A stretch of DNA of 64,000 bases from Thermoanaerobaculia bacterium (GTDB lineage Bacteria; Acidobacteriota; Thermoanaerobaculia; Multivoradales; Multivoraceae), in contig OY762911.1 of NCBI GenBank assembly GCA_963666565.1, forward strand, positions 2,816,001-2,880,000, in the 5' to 3' direction. The notes beneath the pieces were generated by a model. It did not search any database and was not told the origin of the DNA. It worked only from the letters and a program-made list of their open reading frames with translations. A program made the translations under genes and the position numbers. This document shows, piece by piece, positions 26,589 to 36,325 of this stretch; positions within the stretch are counted from its first letter, which is position 1, and every line of letters starts with the position of its first letter.

Positions 26589-27825
26589 CGGTCGCCGCGC
26601 CGAGGTCGACCGGCTGGGGCACCGCCGGCAGCGCGCCCCGGTGCGCCGCCAGGTCCGTGCTGACGTTCGGTTCGCCGCCGGCGAAGACGGAACCGAGGTC
26701 GAGGTTCACGAAGTCGGCGTCGCCGTTGTTCTCGATGTAGAGCCACAGTTCCGCCGGCACCTCGCCGTCGACCAGCTTGTCCGGGTTGGAGACCCCGTCC
26801 CACACGATGTCCGGGAAGGCGCCGCCCGCGAGGGCGACGAAGGCATCCGCGAAGTCGCCGTTCGGGCCGTCGCCGCCGCCGACGAACTCGTTGCCGTGAA
26901 TGTAGACGCCCTCGGTGTACGGGTCGTAGTCGGGATCGTTGTAGCCGCGGCCGGTCGACAGGTAGGAGATGACCGCGAGGTTCGAGTTCCGGTTGTCGCG
27001 GATCCGGTTCTCGAACAGCTCGACGTTGTCGCTCGCCATCACGATGATCCCCGAGCCGGCCGGGATCGTCGACACGATCGCGCCTTCCTTGCCGAAGTTG
27101 GGCAGGTTGTTGTCCGTGATGTCGTTGTCGTAGACGCGGGCGTCGCGGCCGTCCTTGACCGGCAGCTCGGGCAGGGAGAAGACGAGCAGGCCGCCGGTGT
27201 TGCCGTGCGCCCGGTTTCCGTAGACATCGGCGCCGGTCGTGTTCTCGATCTCGATGCCGGCCACGTTCTCCCACGCCTCGTTGCGCCGGACCACGACGTT
27301 GGCGGACTGGCCGACGTAGATGCCGGCGTCCGAGGCGCCGCGCACCTTGCTGTCCTCGATCAGCACGTTCGTCACCTGGACCGGGTAGAGCCCGTAGGCG
27401 CCGTTGTTCGTGTCGGGTCCGTTCGTCCACTCGACCCGAACGCTCCGGAAGGCGGCGCCGGTGGTGCCCTCGACCTTGATTCCGTCGCCCCTCGTGTTTT
27501 CGACCGCGAGGTTCTCGACGGTGAAGTCGTCGGCGGTGGCGAGGATCCCCTCGCCGCCCGTGCCGGGGGCCTGCGCGGAGAAGTCGAGAACCGTCTCGTC
27601 CATGCCCTGGCCGCGCAGGGTCACGCCCTCCGTGTCGAGCGAGAGAGTGGCGTCGAGTTCGAAGCGGCCGGCGGCGAGCTCGATGACGGCGCCGGGCTCG
27701 GCCACGAGCAGCGCTTCCTGGAGCGTCCGGTGGTCGTTGTCGCCGGGGCGCAGCGTGGCGTCCTCCTGTGCGCAGGCGGCGAGAGCGAGCGAGCAGACGG
27801 CGGCAGGGAGGATGAGGTGCTTCAT
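26575..27825 (-). CDS. Parallel beta-helix repeat lipoprotein (usual partner of the SO2930 family)
   Basis: Lipobox LAAC, NGAYGLYPV, GASDAGIYVGQS, NVAGIEIEN, NTGGLLVF. Confidence 0.88.
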   Translation of the reverse strand: MKHLILPAAVCSLALAACAQEDATLRPGDNDHRTLQEALLVAEPGAVIELAAGRFELDATLSLDTEGVTLRGQGMDETVLDFSAQAPGTGGEGILATADDFTVENLAVENTRGDGIKVEGTTGAAFRSVRVEWTNGPDTNNGAYGLYPVQVTNVLIEDSKVRGASDAGIYVGQSANVVVRRNEAWENVAGIEIENTTGADVYGNRAHGNTGGLLVFSLPELPVKDGRDARVYDNDITDNNLPNFGKEGAIVSTIPAGSGIIVMASDNVELFENRIRDNRNSNLAVISYLSTGRGYNDPDYDPYTEGVYIHGNEFVGGGDGPNGDFADAFVALAGGAFPDIVWDGVSNPDKLVDGEVPAELWLYIENNGDADFVNLDLGSVFAGGEPNVSTDLAAHRGALPAVPQPVDLGAATGGAP

Positions 27826-27925
27826 GGTCGGATTCCGTCTCCGGTGTCGTTACCTGGCCAGCGGGATCGTGCCATCATAGCCCCGAAACGCCTCGCAGCC
27901 TCGAAGCGGGAGGAGGACGGAGCCA

Positions 27926-28483
27926 GTGAAATCAGCGAGAAAAAACGACACGAGTCCGCGTTTCCGCCTGGCGGCGGTCGCCTTCGCGGCGTTCGCCGCC
28001 GGCCTCGCCGGCGCGGCGACCGCCCAGGACCCGGCGCCGGTTCCCGAGCCGGAACCGATCGGCACGATGAGCGAACTGATGATCAAGCTCATGTATCCGG
28101 CCTCGGACGCCATTCTCTACGTCGAGAGCCGGGCGCCGACCGACGAGGTCGAGTGGAACGAGCTGCAGGCGCAGGCGCTCATCCTCGCCGAGTCGGCCAA
28201 CCTGATCATGATGCCGAGCCGCGTGGTCGGCGACCGCGACGAGTGGATGCGCGACGCCCGACTGATGTTCGACGCTGGCGCCGCCGCCTACGAGGCCGCG
28301 CTCGAGCACGATCTGGACGCGCTGATCGCGCTGAACGAGCAGGTCTACATGTCCTGCGTGGTGTGCCATCGCCGAACCCGGCCGGACTACGGCAGGAACT
28401 ACAAGCGCTTCGACGATGCGCCGGCCGAGGCCGTTCCTTCCGCCGAAGAGGCGCCTCCCGTGGAAGAGGGGTCGGTACCGTAG
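27926..28483 (+). CDS. Secreted class II (cytochrome c'-like) cytochrome
   Basis: Signal peptide, helical body, C-terminal CVVCH. Confidence 0.72.
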   Translation: MKSARKNDTSPRFRLAAVAFAAFAAGLAGAATAQDPAPVPEPEPIGTMSELMIKLMYPASDAILYVESRAPTDEVEWNELQAQALILAESANLIMMPSRVVGDRDEWMRDARLMFDAGAAAYEAALEHDLDALIALNEQVYMSCVVCHRRTRPDYGRNYKRFDDAPAEAVPSAEEAPPVEEGSVP

Positions 28484-28506
28484 CTTCGCCCCGCCGACGC
28501 ACGGGC

Positions 28507-28600
28507 GACGCGAATGCCGAAACGGACGCGAGTGCCGAAACGTCCGTCTTGAGGGTCGAGGCCGGCCGTCCTGCCGGCGCGCGGGCGACGCTGCTACGAT
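28507..28600 (+). promoter_or_regulatory. 18-bp tandem direct repeat and extended -10 element upstream of the hydrolase
   Basis: gacgcgaatgccgaaacg / gacgcgagtgccgaaacg at 28507-28542; TGcTACGAT at 28592-28600; AGGAGG RBS before the GTG at 28629. Confidence 0.4.
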
Positions 28601-28628
28601 GGCGCGCTCAACTCCAGGAGGCCAGAAC

Positions 28629-29564
28629 GTGAACTCGATCGAATCTCGCAGGCGTCGGGCGGCGTGCGCGACTCTGTTGCTTCTCGCGGCGGCGCTGCCC
28701 GCCGGCCTCGCCGCGGACGGATCCAACGCGGACGTCTGGGACCGCGTGGAGCACCACACGGCGCAGAACGGCGACGTCGGCATCCACTACGTCACCCTCG
28801 GGGAGGGCGAGCCGGTCCTCTTCATCCACGGATTTCCCGACATCTGGTACAGCTACCGGCACCAGATGGCGGCACTCGAGGGGGACTTCCGCGCCGCGGC
28901 GATGGACCTCCGCGGTTACAACCGGAGCGGCCAGCCGAAGCGGGTCGAGGACTACGCCATGCCTCATCTGCTGGCGGACGTGGCGGCCGTGGTCGAGGAT
29001 CTCGGCGCGCCGATCAACCTGGTCGGTCACGACTGGGGCGGGGCGATCGCCTGGCGTTTCGCGATCGAGAATCCGGACAAGGTCAAGCGGCTCGTCATCA
29101 TGAACCTGACCCACCCGCGCGGCTACGCGAACGTGATCGCGAACGCGACCGAGGCGCAGCGCCGCAACGTCCAGTACGCCCGGAACTTCGCGTCGTCCGA
29201 GCCGGACGGCAGCCCGGTGCCGGAGGGGCTGCTCGGCCGCTACGAGAGCGAGGGCGAGAAGGTGGCCGGCCACTACCGGGAGGCGTTTGCCCGCTCCTAC
29301 TGGGACGGCATGCTGAACTACTACCGGGCGAACTACGGCGGCGTCGCGGCCGGCGGCGAGTTGCCGAACCTCGAGATGCCCGTGCTCCAGTTCCACGGCC
29401 TGAAGGACACGGCGGTGGACAAGGACGGGCTGAAGAACACCTGGGACTGGATCGACCGCGACTACACCCTGGTCACCGTGCCGACGGTGGGCCACTGGGT
29501 CCAGTTGGAGGCCGCGGACCTGGTCTCGAAGACGATGCACGCCTGGCTGCTGGCCAGGCAGTAG
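28629..29564 (+). CDS. Secreted alpha/beta hydrolase (epoxide hydrolase family)
   Basis: HGFP, DLRGYNRS, GHDWGG nucleophile elbow, NYYRA, GHWVQ. Confidence 0.88.
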   Translation: MNSIESRRRRAACATLLLLAAALPAGLAADGSNADVWDRVEHHTAQNGDVGIHYVTLGEGEPVLFIHGFPDIWYSYRHQMAALEGDFRAAAMDLRGYNRSGQPKRVEDYAMPHLLADVAAVVEDLGAPINLVGHDWGGAIAWRFAIENPDKVKRLVIMNLTHPRGYANVIANATEAQRRNVQYARNFASSEPDGSPVPEGLLGRYESEGEKVAGHYREAFARSYWDGMLNYYRANYGGVAAGGELPNLEMPVLQFHGLKDTAVDKDGLKNTWDWIDRDYTLVTVPTVGHWVQLEAADLVSKTMHAWLLARQ

Positions 29565-29603
29565 GGGCGCCGCGGGGCGCAGGAGCAAAGAGGAGGTCGC
29601 AGC

Positions 29604-30473
29604 ATGTCGATGACCCGTGAATCCAGGCGTTCCCTTCCGGCCTTCCTGGCCGGCGCGGCGGTTGCCGCGCTGGCGCTGGCCTGCGCGCCGGCCGAAGCGC
29701 CGGCTCCCGAGGCGGCCGCCGAAGACGCCGCGGCGGCGCCCGAACCGGCTCGGGAGTACTACGAGATCCGCCGCTACCGCCTGGCCGACGAGGACAGCCG
29801 GCAGACCGTCCTCGCCTATCTCGAGAACGCCCTGGTGCCGGCGCTGAACCGCGCCGGGATCGACGGGGTGGGCGTGTTCGGCGTCGAACCGCCCGGCGAA
29901 GAGGACGAACCGCTCGACCCGGTGGACGCGCTCTCGATCTGGGCGATCGTCCCGTATGCGACCGTCGAGGACTTCGCGGCGATCAAGCCCACCCTGGAGG
30001 CGGACGCCGAGTACCTGGAGGCCGCCGCGCCGATGTACGCGACGCCGAGGCGGGAGCCGATCTACGAGCGGGTCGAGACCTGGTTCCTGCGGGCCTTCAA
30101 GGGCATGCCGGCGATGGAGCCGCCGCCGCAGACCGCGGCGGGAGAGGACCGGATCTTCGAACTCCGGCTGTACGAGAGCCACAACGAGGAGACGGCCCGC
30201 CGGAAGGTCCACATGTTCGACAACGGCGAGATCGACGTCATGCGCGACGTCGACATGGCGCCGCTGCTGTTCGCCGAACTCCTGATCGGCGAGGACGTGC
30301 CCGCTCTGGTCTACATCCTCTCGGCGCCCGACATGGAGTCGCACCGCGAGCACTGGACGGCGTTCCTCGAGCACCCGGAGTGGATCCGGATGCGGGACAT
30401 GGAGTACTACGCGGGGACGGTCTCGCGCATCGAGAACGTCTTCCTGCGGCCGACGGCGTTTTCGCAGATCTGA
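29604..30473 (+). CDS. NIPSNAP family lipoprotein
   Basis: Signal with LAC; YYEIRRY and RIFELRLYES duplicated motifs; LRPTAFSQI terminus. Confidence 0.82.
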   Translation: MSMTRESRRSLPAFLAGAAVAALALACAPAEAPAPEAAAEDAAAAPEPAREYYEIRRYRLADEDSRQTVLAYLENALVPALNRAGIDGVGVFGVEPPGEEDEPLDPVDALSIWAIVPYATVEDFAAIKPTLEADAEYLEAAAPMYATPRREPIYERVETWFLRAFKGMPAMEPPPQTAAGEDRIFELRLYESHNEETARRKVHMFDNGEIDVMRDVDMAPLLFAELLIGEDVPALVYILSAPDMESHREHWTAFLEHPEWIRMRDMEYYAGTVSRIENVFLRPTAFSQI

Positions 30474-30474
30474 C

Positions 30475-30495
30475 CTCCCGGCCGCTGGCCGGGAG
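30475..30495. terminator. GC-rich hairpin after the NIPSNAP gene (possible terminator)
   Basis: ctcccggcc-gct-ggccgggag; no U-tract. Confidence 0.35.
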
Positions 30496-30502
30496 AGCGG
30501 AC

Positions 30503-30593
30503 GCCGGCCTTGCGGCCGGCGCGTTCCCGGTCGCCTCCGGCGACGCGCGGGTCGGAAGACCCGCGCACCCAGCCGGAAGACCCGCGCACCCAG
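30503..30593 (-). repeat. REP-like element plus partial tandem duplicate
   Basis: Full three-hairpin copy at 30503-30572 and a repeat of cggaagacccgcgcacccag at 30574-30593. Confidence 0.82.
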
Positions 30594-31178
30594 CTAGTTG
30601 CCCGACGAGTCGTCGCCGGCTTCGGCGGCGCTGCCCGGCCAGCGCACCCAGTAGCCGTCGGCCCAGACCAGGTCCTCGTTGAATTCGGTGCCGCGGAAGG
30701 CGCCGATCTCGTAGGTGGATTGCGGCTGGGCGGTGGCCGAGCCGTCGCGGCCGCCGCTCCAGATGCCGATGACCTGCGTGCTGAGCAACTGGTCCGAACC
30801 GGCGAAGCCGAACCGGTAGGGGTTGTTCCAGCCGTCCCGTTCCGGCACGTCCTGCAGGTAGAAGAACGTGTTCGACGGCCTGAGCAGGGCGGAGAGATCC
30901 GCGTGGGAGAAGTCGGGATCGGTGAAGTCGCTCCAGCTGAACGTCGCGGTCGTGCTCGAGCCGGCCGCCGCGGCGCTGACCTGGTCGGTCAGCCACTGCA
31001 TCCAGGCGGAGCCCACGGCCTTCATGTCGGCCTGGGTGCGGGTCTGGTTCGCGTTCTGCAGGCCGGTCATCAGGTTCGGCACCAGCAGCGCGGAGATGAT
31101 GCCGATGATCGCCACGACGATCAGCAGTTCGATCAGGGTGAAGCCGCCTTCCTGGCGGCGGGAGCGCGTTCCGGTCAT
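30594..31178 (-). CDS. GspG / type IV pilin-like protein with prepilin N-terminal methylation motif
   Basis: GG|FTLIELLIVVAIIGII, DGWNNPY, WSGGRDG. Confidence 0.87.
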   Translation of the reverse strand: MTGTRSRRQEGGFTLIELLIVVAIIGIISALLVPNLMTGLQNANQTRTQADMKAVGSAWMQWLTDQVSAAAAGSSTTATFSWSDFTDPDFSHADLSALLRPSNTFFYLQDVPERDGWNNPYRFGFAGSDQLLSTQVIGIWSGGRDGSATAQPQSTYEIGAFRGTEFNEDLVWADGYWVRWPGSAAEAGDDSSGN

Positions 31179-31437
31179 CTTCGTGCTCCTTCGTGTGCTT
31201 GGGAGTCCGACCGCCGGGCGACGGATTCGTTCCGCCGCCGGCTTACAGGATGATACGGCGGCGGCGCCCGGAACGTCCAAGCGAATTCCGACACGAGGGC
31301 CCGCGATTCCCCTGGGCCGGTAACATCGGGGCATGGAACCGGTCGGCGCCATGGCGGTCGCGGGGCGTCGCGGCCTCGCTGCGGCGGCGTGCGGCACTGC
31401 CGGCGCCGGGGCCTCGACCTCGTTGGGAGGGTAGCTC

Positions 31438-32871
31438 CTGGACTTCAGCCGTTACGACTTCGACCCCGCGATCTACGACGAGATGTTCGTCGCGGAGGGG
31501 GCGCCTCGCGAGCACTGCCGGGCGATCTACGAGGCGCTCCGCAAGCTGCCCGACGACCACCTGGAGACGATCCAGGAGCGGGTGACCCGCTCCTTCTCGC
31601 AGGAGGGGATCACCTTCACCGTCTACGGCGACGAGGAGGCGGAGGAGCGGATCATCCCCGTCGACTGCGTGCCGCGCCTGCTGGCGCTGGCGGAATGGCG
31701 GGAACTCGAGGCCGGCCTGGTGCAGCGCATCCGGACGCTCAACCTGTTCCTGGCCGACGTCTACGGCGAGTGCCGGATTCTCCGGGACGGCGCGATCCCG
31801 CCCGACCTGGTCCTCGGCTGCCCGCAGTACCGCCTGGCGATGCGCGGCGTCAGCGTGCAGGGCGACGCCTGGGTGACGATCTGCGGCACGGACATCGTGC
31901 GGACGAAGGACGGTTTCCGGGTGCTGGAGGACAACCTGCGGTCGCCCTCCGGCGTCTCCTACATGGTGGCGAACCGGAAGGCGGTCAAGGCCGGTCTGCG
32001 GCTGCTGTACCGCAACTCGCGGGTGCAGGACGTAGAGAACTACGGCAGCCTGCTGCGGCAGACGCTGTGCGAGCTGTCGCCGGGCGGCCGTCCCGACCCG
32101 TGCCTGGCGCTGCTCACGCCCGGCACGTACAACTCGGCGTTCTACGAGCACATGTTCCTGGCCCACGAGATCGGCGCGGAGCTGGTCGAGGGGCAGGACC
32201 TGCTGGTGAACGACGGCTTCGTCTACATGCGGACGACCTCGGGACTGCGGCGGGTCGACGTGATCTACCGCCGGATCGACGACGACTTCCTCGACCCGCT
32301 CGTCTTCCGCGAGGACTCCCTGCTCGGCGTTCCCGGCCTGATGAACGCGTTCAAGCGCGGCAACGTCGCCTTGGCCAACGCTCCCGGCACCGGCGTCGCC
32401 GACGACAAGAGCGTCTACGCCTACGTGCCGGACATGGTGCGCTACTACCTGGGCGAGGAGCCCCTGCTCCAGAACGTCGAGACCCGCCTCTGCCGCCGGC
32501 CCGAGGACCTGGAGTACACCCTGGACAACCTGGAGAGCCTGGTGGTCAAGCGGGTCGGCGAGTCCGGCGGCTACGGCATGCTGGTCGGCCCCCACTCGAC
32601 GCTGGAGGAGCGGGACGAGTACGCGAAGACGCTCCGGGCCGACCCGGCCGACTTCATCTCGCAGCCCACCCTGGCGCTTTCGCGGTCGCCCTGCCTGATC
32701 GACGGCCGCGCCGAACCGCGCCACGTCGACCTGCGGCCCTTCGTGCTGACCGGGGCCGAGACCCGGATCGTCCCCGGAGCGTTCTGCCGGGTCGCGCTCC
32801 GGCGCGGCAGCCTGGTCGTCAACTCGAGCCAGGGCGGCGGCGGCAAGGACCTCTGGGTGGTCGACCTGTAG
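31438..32871 (+). CDS. Circularly permuted type 2 ATP-grasp protein (putative peptide ligase)
   Basis: YDEM, GITFTVYG, LEDNLRSPSGVSY, YRRIDDDFLDP, GVADDK, PRHVDLRP, VNSSQGGGGKD; start inferred at CTG 31438 (first ATG is 31483). Confidence 0.9.
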   Translation: MDFSRYDFDPAIYDEMFVAEGAPREHCRAIYEALRKLPDDHLETIQERVTRSFSQEGITFTVYGDEEAEERIIPVDCVPRLLALAEWRELEAGLVQRIRTLNLFLADVYGECRILRDGAIPPDLVLGCPQYRLAMRGVSVQGDAWVTICGTDIVRTKDGFRVLEDNLRSPSGVSYMVANRKAVKAGLRLLYRNSRVQDVENYGSLLRQTLCELSPGGRPDPCLALLTPGTYNSAFYEHMFLAHEIGAELVEGQDLLVNDGFVYMRTTSGLRRVDVIYRRIDDDFLDPLVFREDSLLGVPGLMNAFKRGNVALANAPGTGVADDKSVYAYVPDMVRYYLGEEPLLQNVETRLCRRPEDLEYTLDNLESLVVKRVGESGGYGMLVGPHSTLEERDEYAKTLRADPADFISQPTLALSRSPCLIDGRAEPRHVDLRPFVLTGAETRIVPGAFCRVALRRGSLVVNSSQGGGGKDLWVVDL

Positions 32872-32873
32872 CA

Positions 32874-33836
32874 ATGCTCTCTCGCAGCGCCCAGGGCGTC
32901 TACTGGATGGCCCGCTACCTGGCCAGGGCCGGCTATCTGAGCCGCCTGCTGGAGTTGCAGGTGCAGTTTCTGGTCGATCGCCCGGTGGACGAGATCCACT
33001 TCGGCTGGAAGCGGATCTACCGGTGCATGAAGCGGTTCCCGCCCTCGGGCGAGGAGTTCCTGGCGGAGGCGGACGAGTTTGCCCTGGCGGACGCCTTCAC
33101 GCTGGCGGACGACCTGACCTTCGAGCGGTCGAACCCGGACTCGGTGCGGAGCGCCCTGGCGCGCGGGCGCGAGAACGCCCGCCAGATGCGCCACTGCATC
33201 AGCGGCGAGATGTGGACCTGCCTGAACGCTGCCTGGCTGCGGATTCGCGATCTCGAGGCCGTCGACATCTGGAGGACGCCGGAGGTCTTCTACGCGAAGA
33301 CCCGCAGCGAGATCCACAACTTCGTCGGGGTCGCCGACGCGACGATGTACCGTGGCGCGGCCTGGCGGTTCATGCGCCTCGGCCGGGCCGTCGAGCGCGC
33401 GCAGCTCGCGGCGTCCCTGCTGCGCGCCCAGATGGAGCTCAGCCGGCGCGCGGAGCGCAGGACCCTGGGCTGGGCCAGCATGCTGCGGACCCACCATGCC
33501 CTGGAGGCCTACGGCCGCGTCTACGGCGCCGACATGCAGCCGGACCGGGTCCTGGACCTGCTGGTCGCCGACCCGTCCCTGCCCGGTTCCGTGCTCGCCA
33601 CCGTGCAGGCCGCGGCGACGGAACTCGCGGGTCTCGACGGCGGACCGGGCGTCGACGCCGACGCGGCCGCGCGTCGTTTGGCCGGAAGGGCGGAGGCGCT
33701 CATCCTCTACGACTGGCCCGAAGCCCCGGCGCCGGAGGAGCTGCTGGAGCAGGTCGATCGCTGCGTCCGCCGCCTTCACGACGCCGTGCTCGGCGCCTTC
33801 GTCGACTATCCGATCGAGGACTCTCCCTTGAGATGA
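32874..33836 (+). CDS. Alpha-E domain protein
   Basis: MLSRSAQGVYWMARY, RENARQMR..ISGEMW, LGRAVERA. Confidence 0.88.
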   Translation: MLSRSAQGVYWMARYLARAGYLSRLLELQVQFLVDRPVDEIHFGWKRIYRCMKRFPPSGEEFLAEADEFALADAFTLADDLTFERSNPDSVRSALARGRENARQMRHCISGEMWTCLNAAWLRIRDLEAVDIWRTPEVFYAKTRSEIHNFVGVADATMYRGAAWRFMRLGRAVERAQLAASLLRAQMELSRRAERRTLGWASMLRTHHALEAYGRVYGADMQPDRVLDLLVADPSLPGSVLATVQAAATELAGLDGGPGVDADAAARRLAGRAEALILYDWPEAPAPEELLEQVDRCVRRLHDAVLGAFVDYPIEDSPLR

Positions 33837-34789
33837 CTTCCGAAGCGACCCCGACTTCCGAAGGCACGCTCCGCTACGACGTCGAGCACCGGACGCGCTA
33901 CGAGTACTCGGAGAGCGTCGGCGGCTGCGTCCTGCTGCTCTGCCTGCGGCCGGCGCCGGCGCAGGGCCAGCGGGTGCGGCGGTTCGAGATCGAGACGACC
34001 CCGGCGGCTTCGCTGAGTCCGGAGCGGGACTGCTTCGGCAACCGGCTGCATGTCCTGAACCTCCATCGGCGCCACGCCGAGCTGGAGATCGTGTCGCGCT
34101 TCCGGGCGGAAGTGGCGGCGCCGCCGCGGCCGGAGGCGGCCGGCGGCTGGGAAGAGGTCCGAGCCCGCCGGCTGCTCCCGGAGTACTGGCACTGGGTCGA
34201 GCCGAGCGCGCGCACCCTGCCGACCCCCGCGTTGCGGGACTTCGTCCGTCGCGAGGGCCTCGAGCCGGGAGAGGACCCGATGGAGAGCCTGCTCGGCCTC
34301 TCCGGCCGGATCCGCGAGCGCTTCGAGTACGAACCGGGCAGCACCGCGGCCGATTCGCCCATCGAGCAACTGCTGGAGTCGGGCCGGGGCGTCTGCCAGG
34401 ACTACGCGCACCTGACGATCGCGATCGCCCGCGGCTGGGGCGTTCCCTCCCGCTACGTGTCCGGCTACTTCCACGGCACGGGGCAGGCGGGCGAGCGCGT
34501 GACCGCCGCGGCCGGTCACGCCTGGGTGGAGTTCTGGCTGCCGGGGTGCGGCTGGGTCGGCTTCGATCCGACGAACGGGACGCTCAGCGACCGCCGGCAC
34601 ATCCGGGTCGCCGCCGGCCGGGACTACCGCGACGTCTCTCCTGTGCGGGGGGTGTTCCAGGGCGCCGGGGATGCAAGGATAGCGGTCGATGTGATATTGA
34701 ATGCAATCGGTTCAGCGGAAAAGGCCGCGGCTCGGTTGGCGCGGAAGGAACTGCAAGAGGAGGCAGAAGAGGATGAACGTCCAGGTTGA
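33833..34789 (+). CDS. Transglutaminase-like protein
   Basis: HRTRYEY N-domain; GVCQDYAH, HAWVE and FDPTN triad motifs; GRDYRDVSP. Confidence 0.9.
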   Translation: MTSEATPTSEGTLRYDVEHRTRYEYSESVGGCVLLLCLRPAPAQGQRVRRFEIETTPAASLSPERDCFGNRLHVLNLHRRHAELEIVSRFRAEVAAPPRPEAAGGWEEVRARRLLPEYWHWVEPSARTLPTPALRDFVRREGLEPGEDPMESLLGLSGRIRERFEYEPGSTAADSPIEQLLESGRGVCQDYAHLTIAIARGWGVPSRYVSGYFHGTGQAGERVTAAAGHAWVEFWLPGCGWVGFDPTNGTLSDRRHIRVAAGRDYRDVSPVRGVFQGAGDARIAVDVILNAIGSAEKAAARLARKELQEEAEEDERPG

Positions 34790-35108
34790 GCATCACGACG
34801 GGGTTCTCGTGGCGAAGGTCGAGGGCCGCGTCGACAGCTCCAACTCCCAGGACTTCGAGCGCCAGCTTCAGGGGGCGATCGGCGAGGAGGTCAAGGCGGT
34901 CATCATGGACCTCGGCCAGCTCGCCTACATCAGCAGCGCCGGCCTGAGAGTCGTGCTGCTCGTCGCCAAGACCCTCGGCCAGCGGAACGTGAGCATCTCC
35001 CTCTGCGCGCTGAGCGATCCCGTGCAGTCGGTGTTCGAGATCAGCGGCTTCAACCGCATCATCCAGATCTACGACACGCAGGCCGACGCCCTGGCGGCCG
35101 CGGGGTAA
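34773..35108 (+). CDS. STAS anti-sigma-factor antagonist (RsbV/SpoIIAA-like)
   Basis: GRVDS, YISSAGLRV phospho-Ser motif, VFEISGF. Confidence 0.9.
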   Translation: MNVQVEHHDGVLVAKVEGRVDSSNSQDFERQLQGAIGEEVKAVIMDLGQLAYISSAGLRVVLLVAKTLGQRNVSISLCALSDPVQSVFEISGFNRIIQIYDTQADALAAAG

Positions 35109-35152
35109 GGGCCGGGGCAAGGGTCTCGAGTACGGAAGGGATGGTCGTCTAG

Positions 35153-36325
35153 ATGGGCGATCGGGACAATCCCGACTACCGGATCCTCGTCGTCGACGAC
35201 GAGCCGGATCTGGAGCGGCTGGTTCGCCAGCGGATGCGGCGCCATATCCGCCGGGGCAAGTACGGCTTCGAGTTCGCCGGCAACGGCGTCGAGGCGCTGG
35301 AGGTCCTTGCGGAGAACCAGGACATCGACATCGTCCTCTCGGACATCAACATGCCGAAGATGGACGGTCTGACCCTGTTGCAGCAGATCCCCGAGGTCAA
35401 CTCGGACCTCCGCTCGGTCATCGTCTCCGCCTACGGCGACATGGAGAACATCCGCACGGCCATGAACCGCGGCGCCTTCGACTTCGTCACCAAGCCGATC
35501 GACTTCACCGATCTGGAGGTCACGATCGAGCGGACGCTCAAGCACCTCGACGAGTGGCGCGCCGCCCTCGCCTCGCGCGACAAGCTGGTGGCGATCCAGA
35601 ACGAGCTCGACGTGGCGACGAAGATCCAGCAGTCCATCCTGCCGGACACGTTCCCCCACGTGGACGGGTGCGAGGTCTACGGCTGCATGCAGGCGGCCCG
35701 CAACGTCGGGGGCGACTTCTTCGACGTGATCCGGCTGGAGGGCGGGCGCATCGGCCTGACGGTGGCCGACGTCTCGGACAAGGGGGTGCCGGCGGCTCTG
35801 TTCATGATGTCGAGCCGCACCCTGCTCAAGGGGGCCGCGGTTGGCGTCGGCGAGCCCTCGGCGGTCCTGGGGGAAGTCAACGACCTGCTGAACGAGACGA
35901 ACGAGACGTCGATGTTCGTCACCGTGTTCTACGGCGTGTACGACCCCGCCAGCAGGCGGCTGACCTTCTCCAACGGCGGCCACAATCCGCCGCTGGTCGT
36001 TCACTCCGACGGGAGTTCGGAGGAACTGCGGTTGACCGGCGGCATCGCCCTCGGAGCGCTTCCCGGATTCGAGTACGGGCAGGCCAGCGTCGAACTGAGC
36101 CCCGGGGACCTGGTCGTCTTCTTCACCGACGGCGTGACCGAGGCGATCAACGTGGCGAACGAGGAGTTCGGCCTGGAGGCGGTCCAGGCGCTGTTCAGCG
36201 AGTCCGGGCCGCCGAGCGCCCGGGAGGCCGCCGAGACGATCCTCGACGCGGTGGAGACGTTCGCTGGCGAAGTGCCGCAGTTCGACGATCTCACCTGCAT
36301 GACGCTGAGGATCGCCGACGAGTGA
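35153..36325 (+). CDS. Receiver domain + SpoIIE/PP2C phosphatase (RsbU/RsbP-like)
   Basis: ILVVDDE, SDINMP, KP; IQQSILP, VGGDFFD, ADVSDKG, FTDGVTEA, DDLT. Confidence 0.92.
   Translation: MGDRDNPDYRILVVDDEPDLERLVRQRMRRHIRRGKYGFEFAGNGVEALEVLAENQDIDIVLSDINMPKMDGLTLLQQIPEVNSDLRSVIVSAYGDMENIRTAMNRGAFDFVTKPIDFTDLEVTIERTLKHLDEWRAALASRDKLVAIQNELDVATKIQQSILPDTFPHVDGCEVYGCMQAARNVGGDFFDVIRLEGGRIGLTVADVSDKGVPAALFMMSSRTLLKGAAVGVGEPSAVLGEVNDLLNETNETSMFVTVFYGVYDPASRRLTFSNGGHNPPLVVHSDGSSEELRLTGGIALGALPGFEYGQASVELSPGDLVVFFTDGVTEAINVANEEFGLEAVQALFSESGPPSAREAAETILDAVETFAGEVPQFDDLTCMTLRIADE

Noticed and set aside
27855-27880. Sigma54 promoter (TGGCAC) upstream of the beta-helix gene, and similarly upstream of actA
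   Set aside because: The GG-N10-GC spacing is not met in either case
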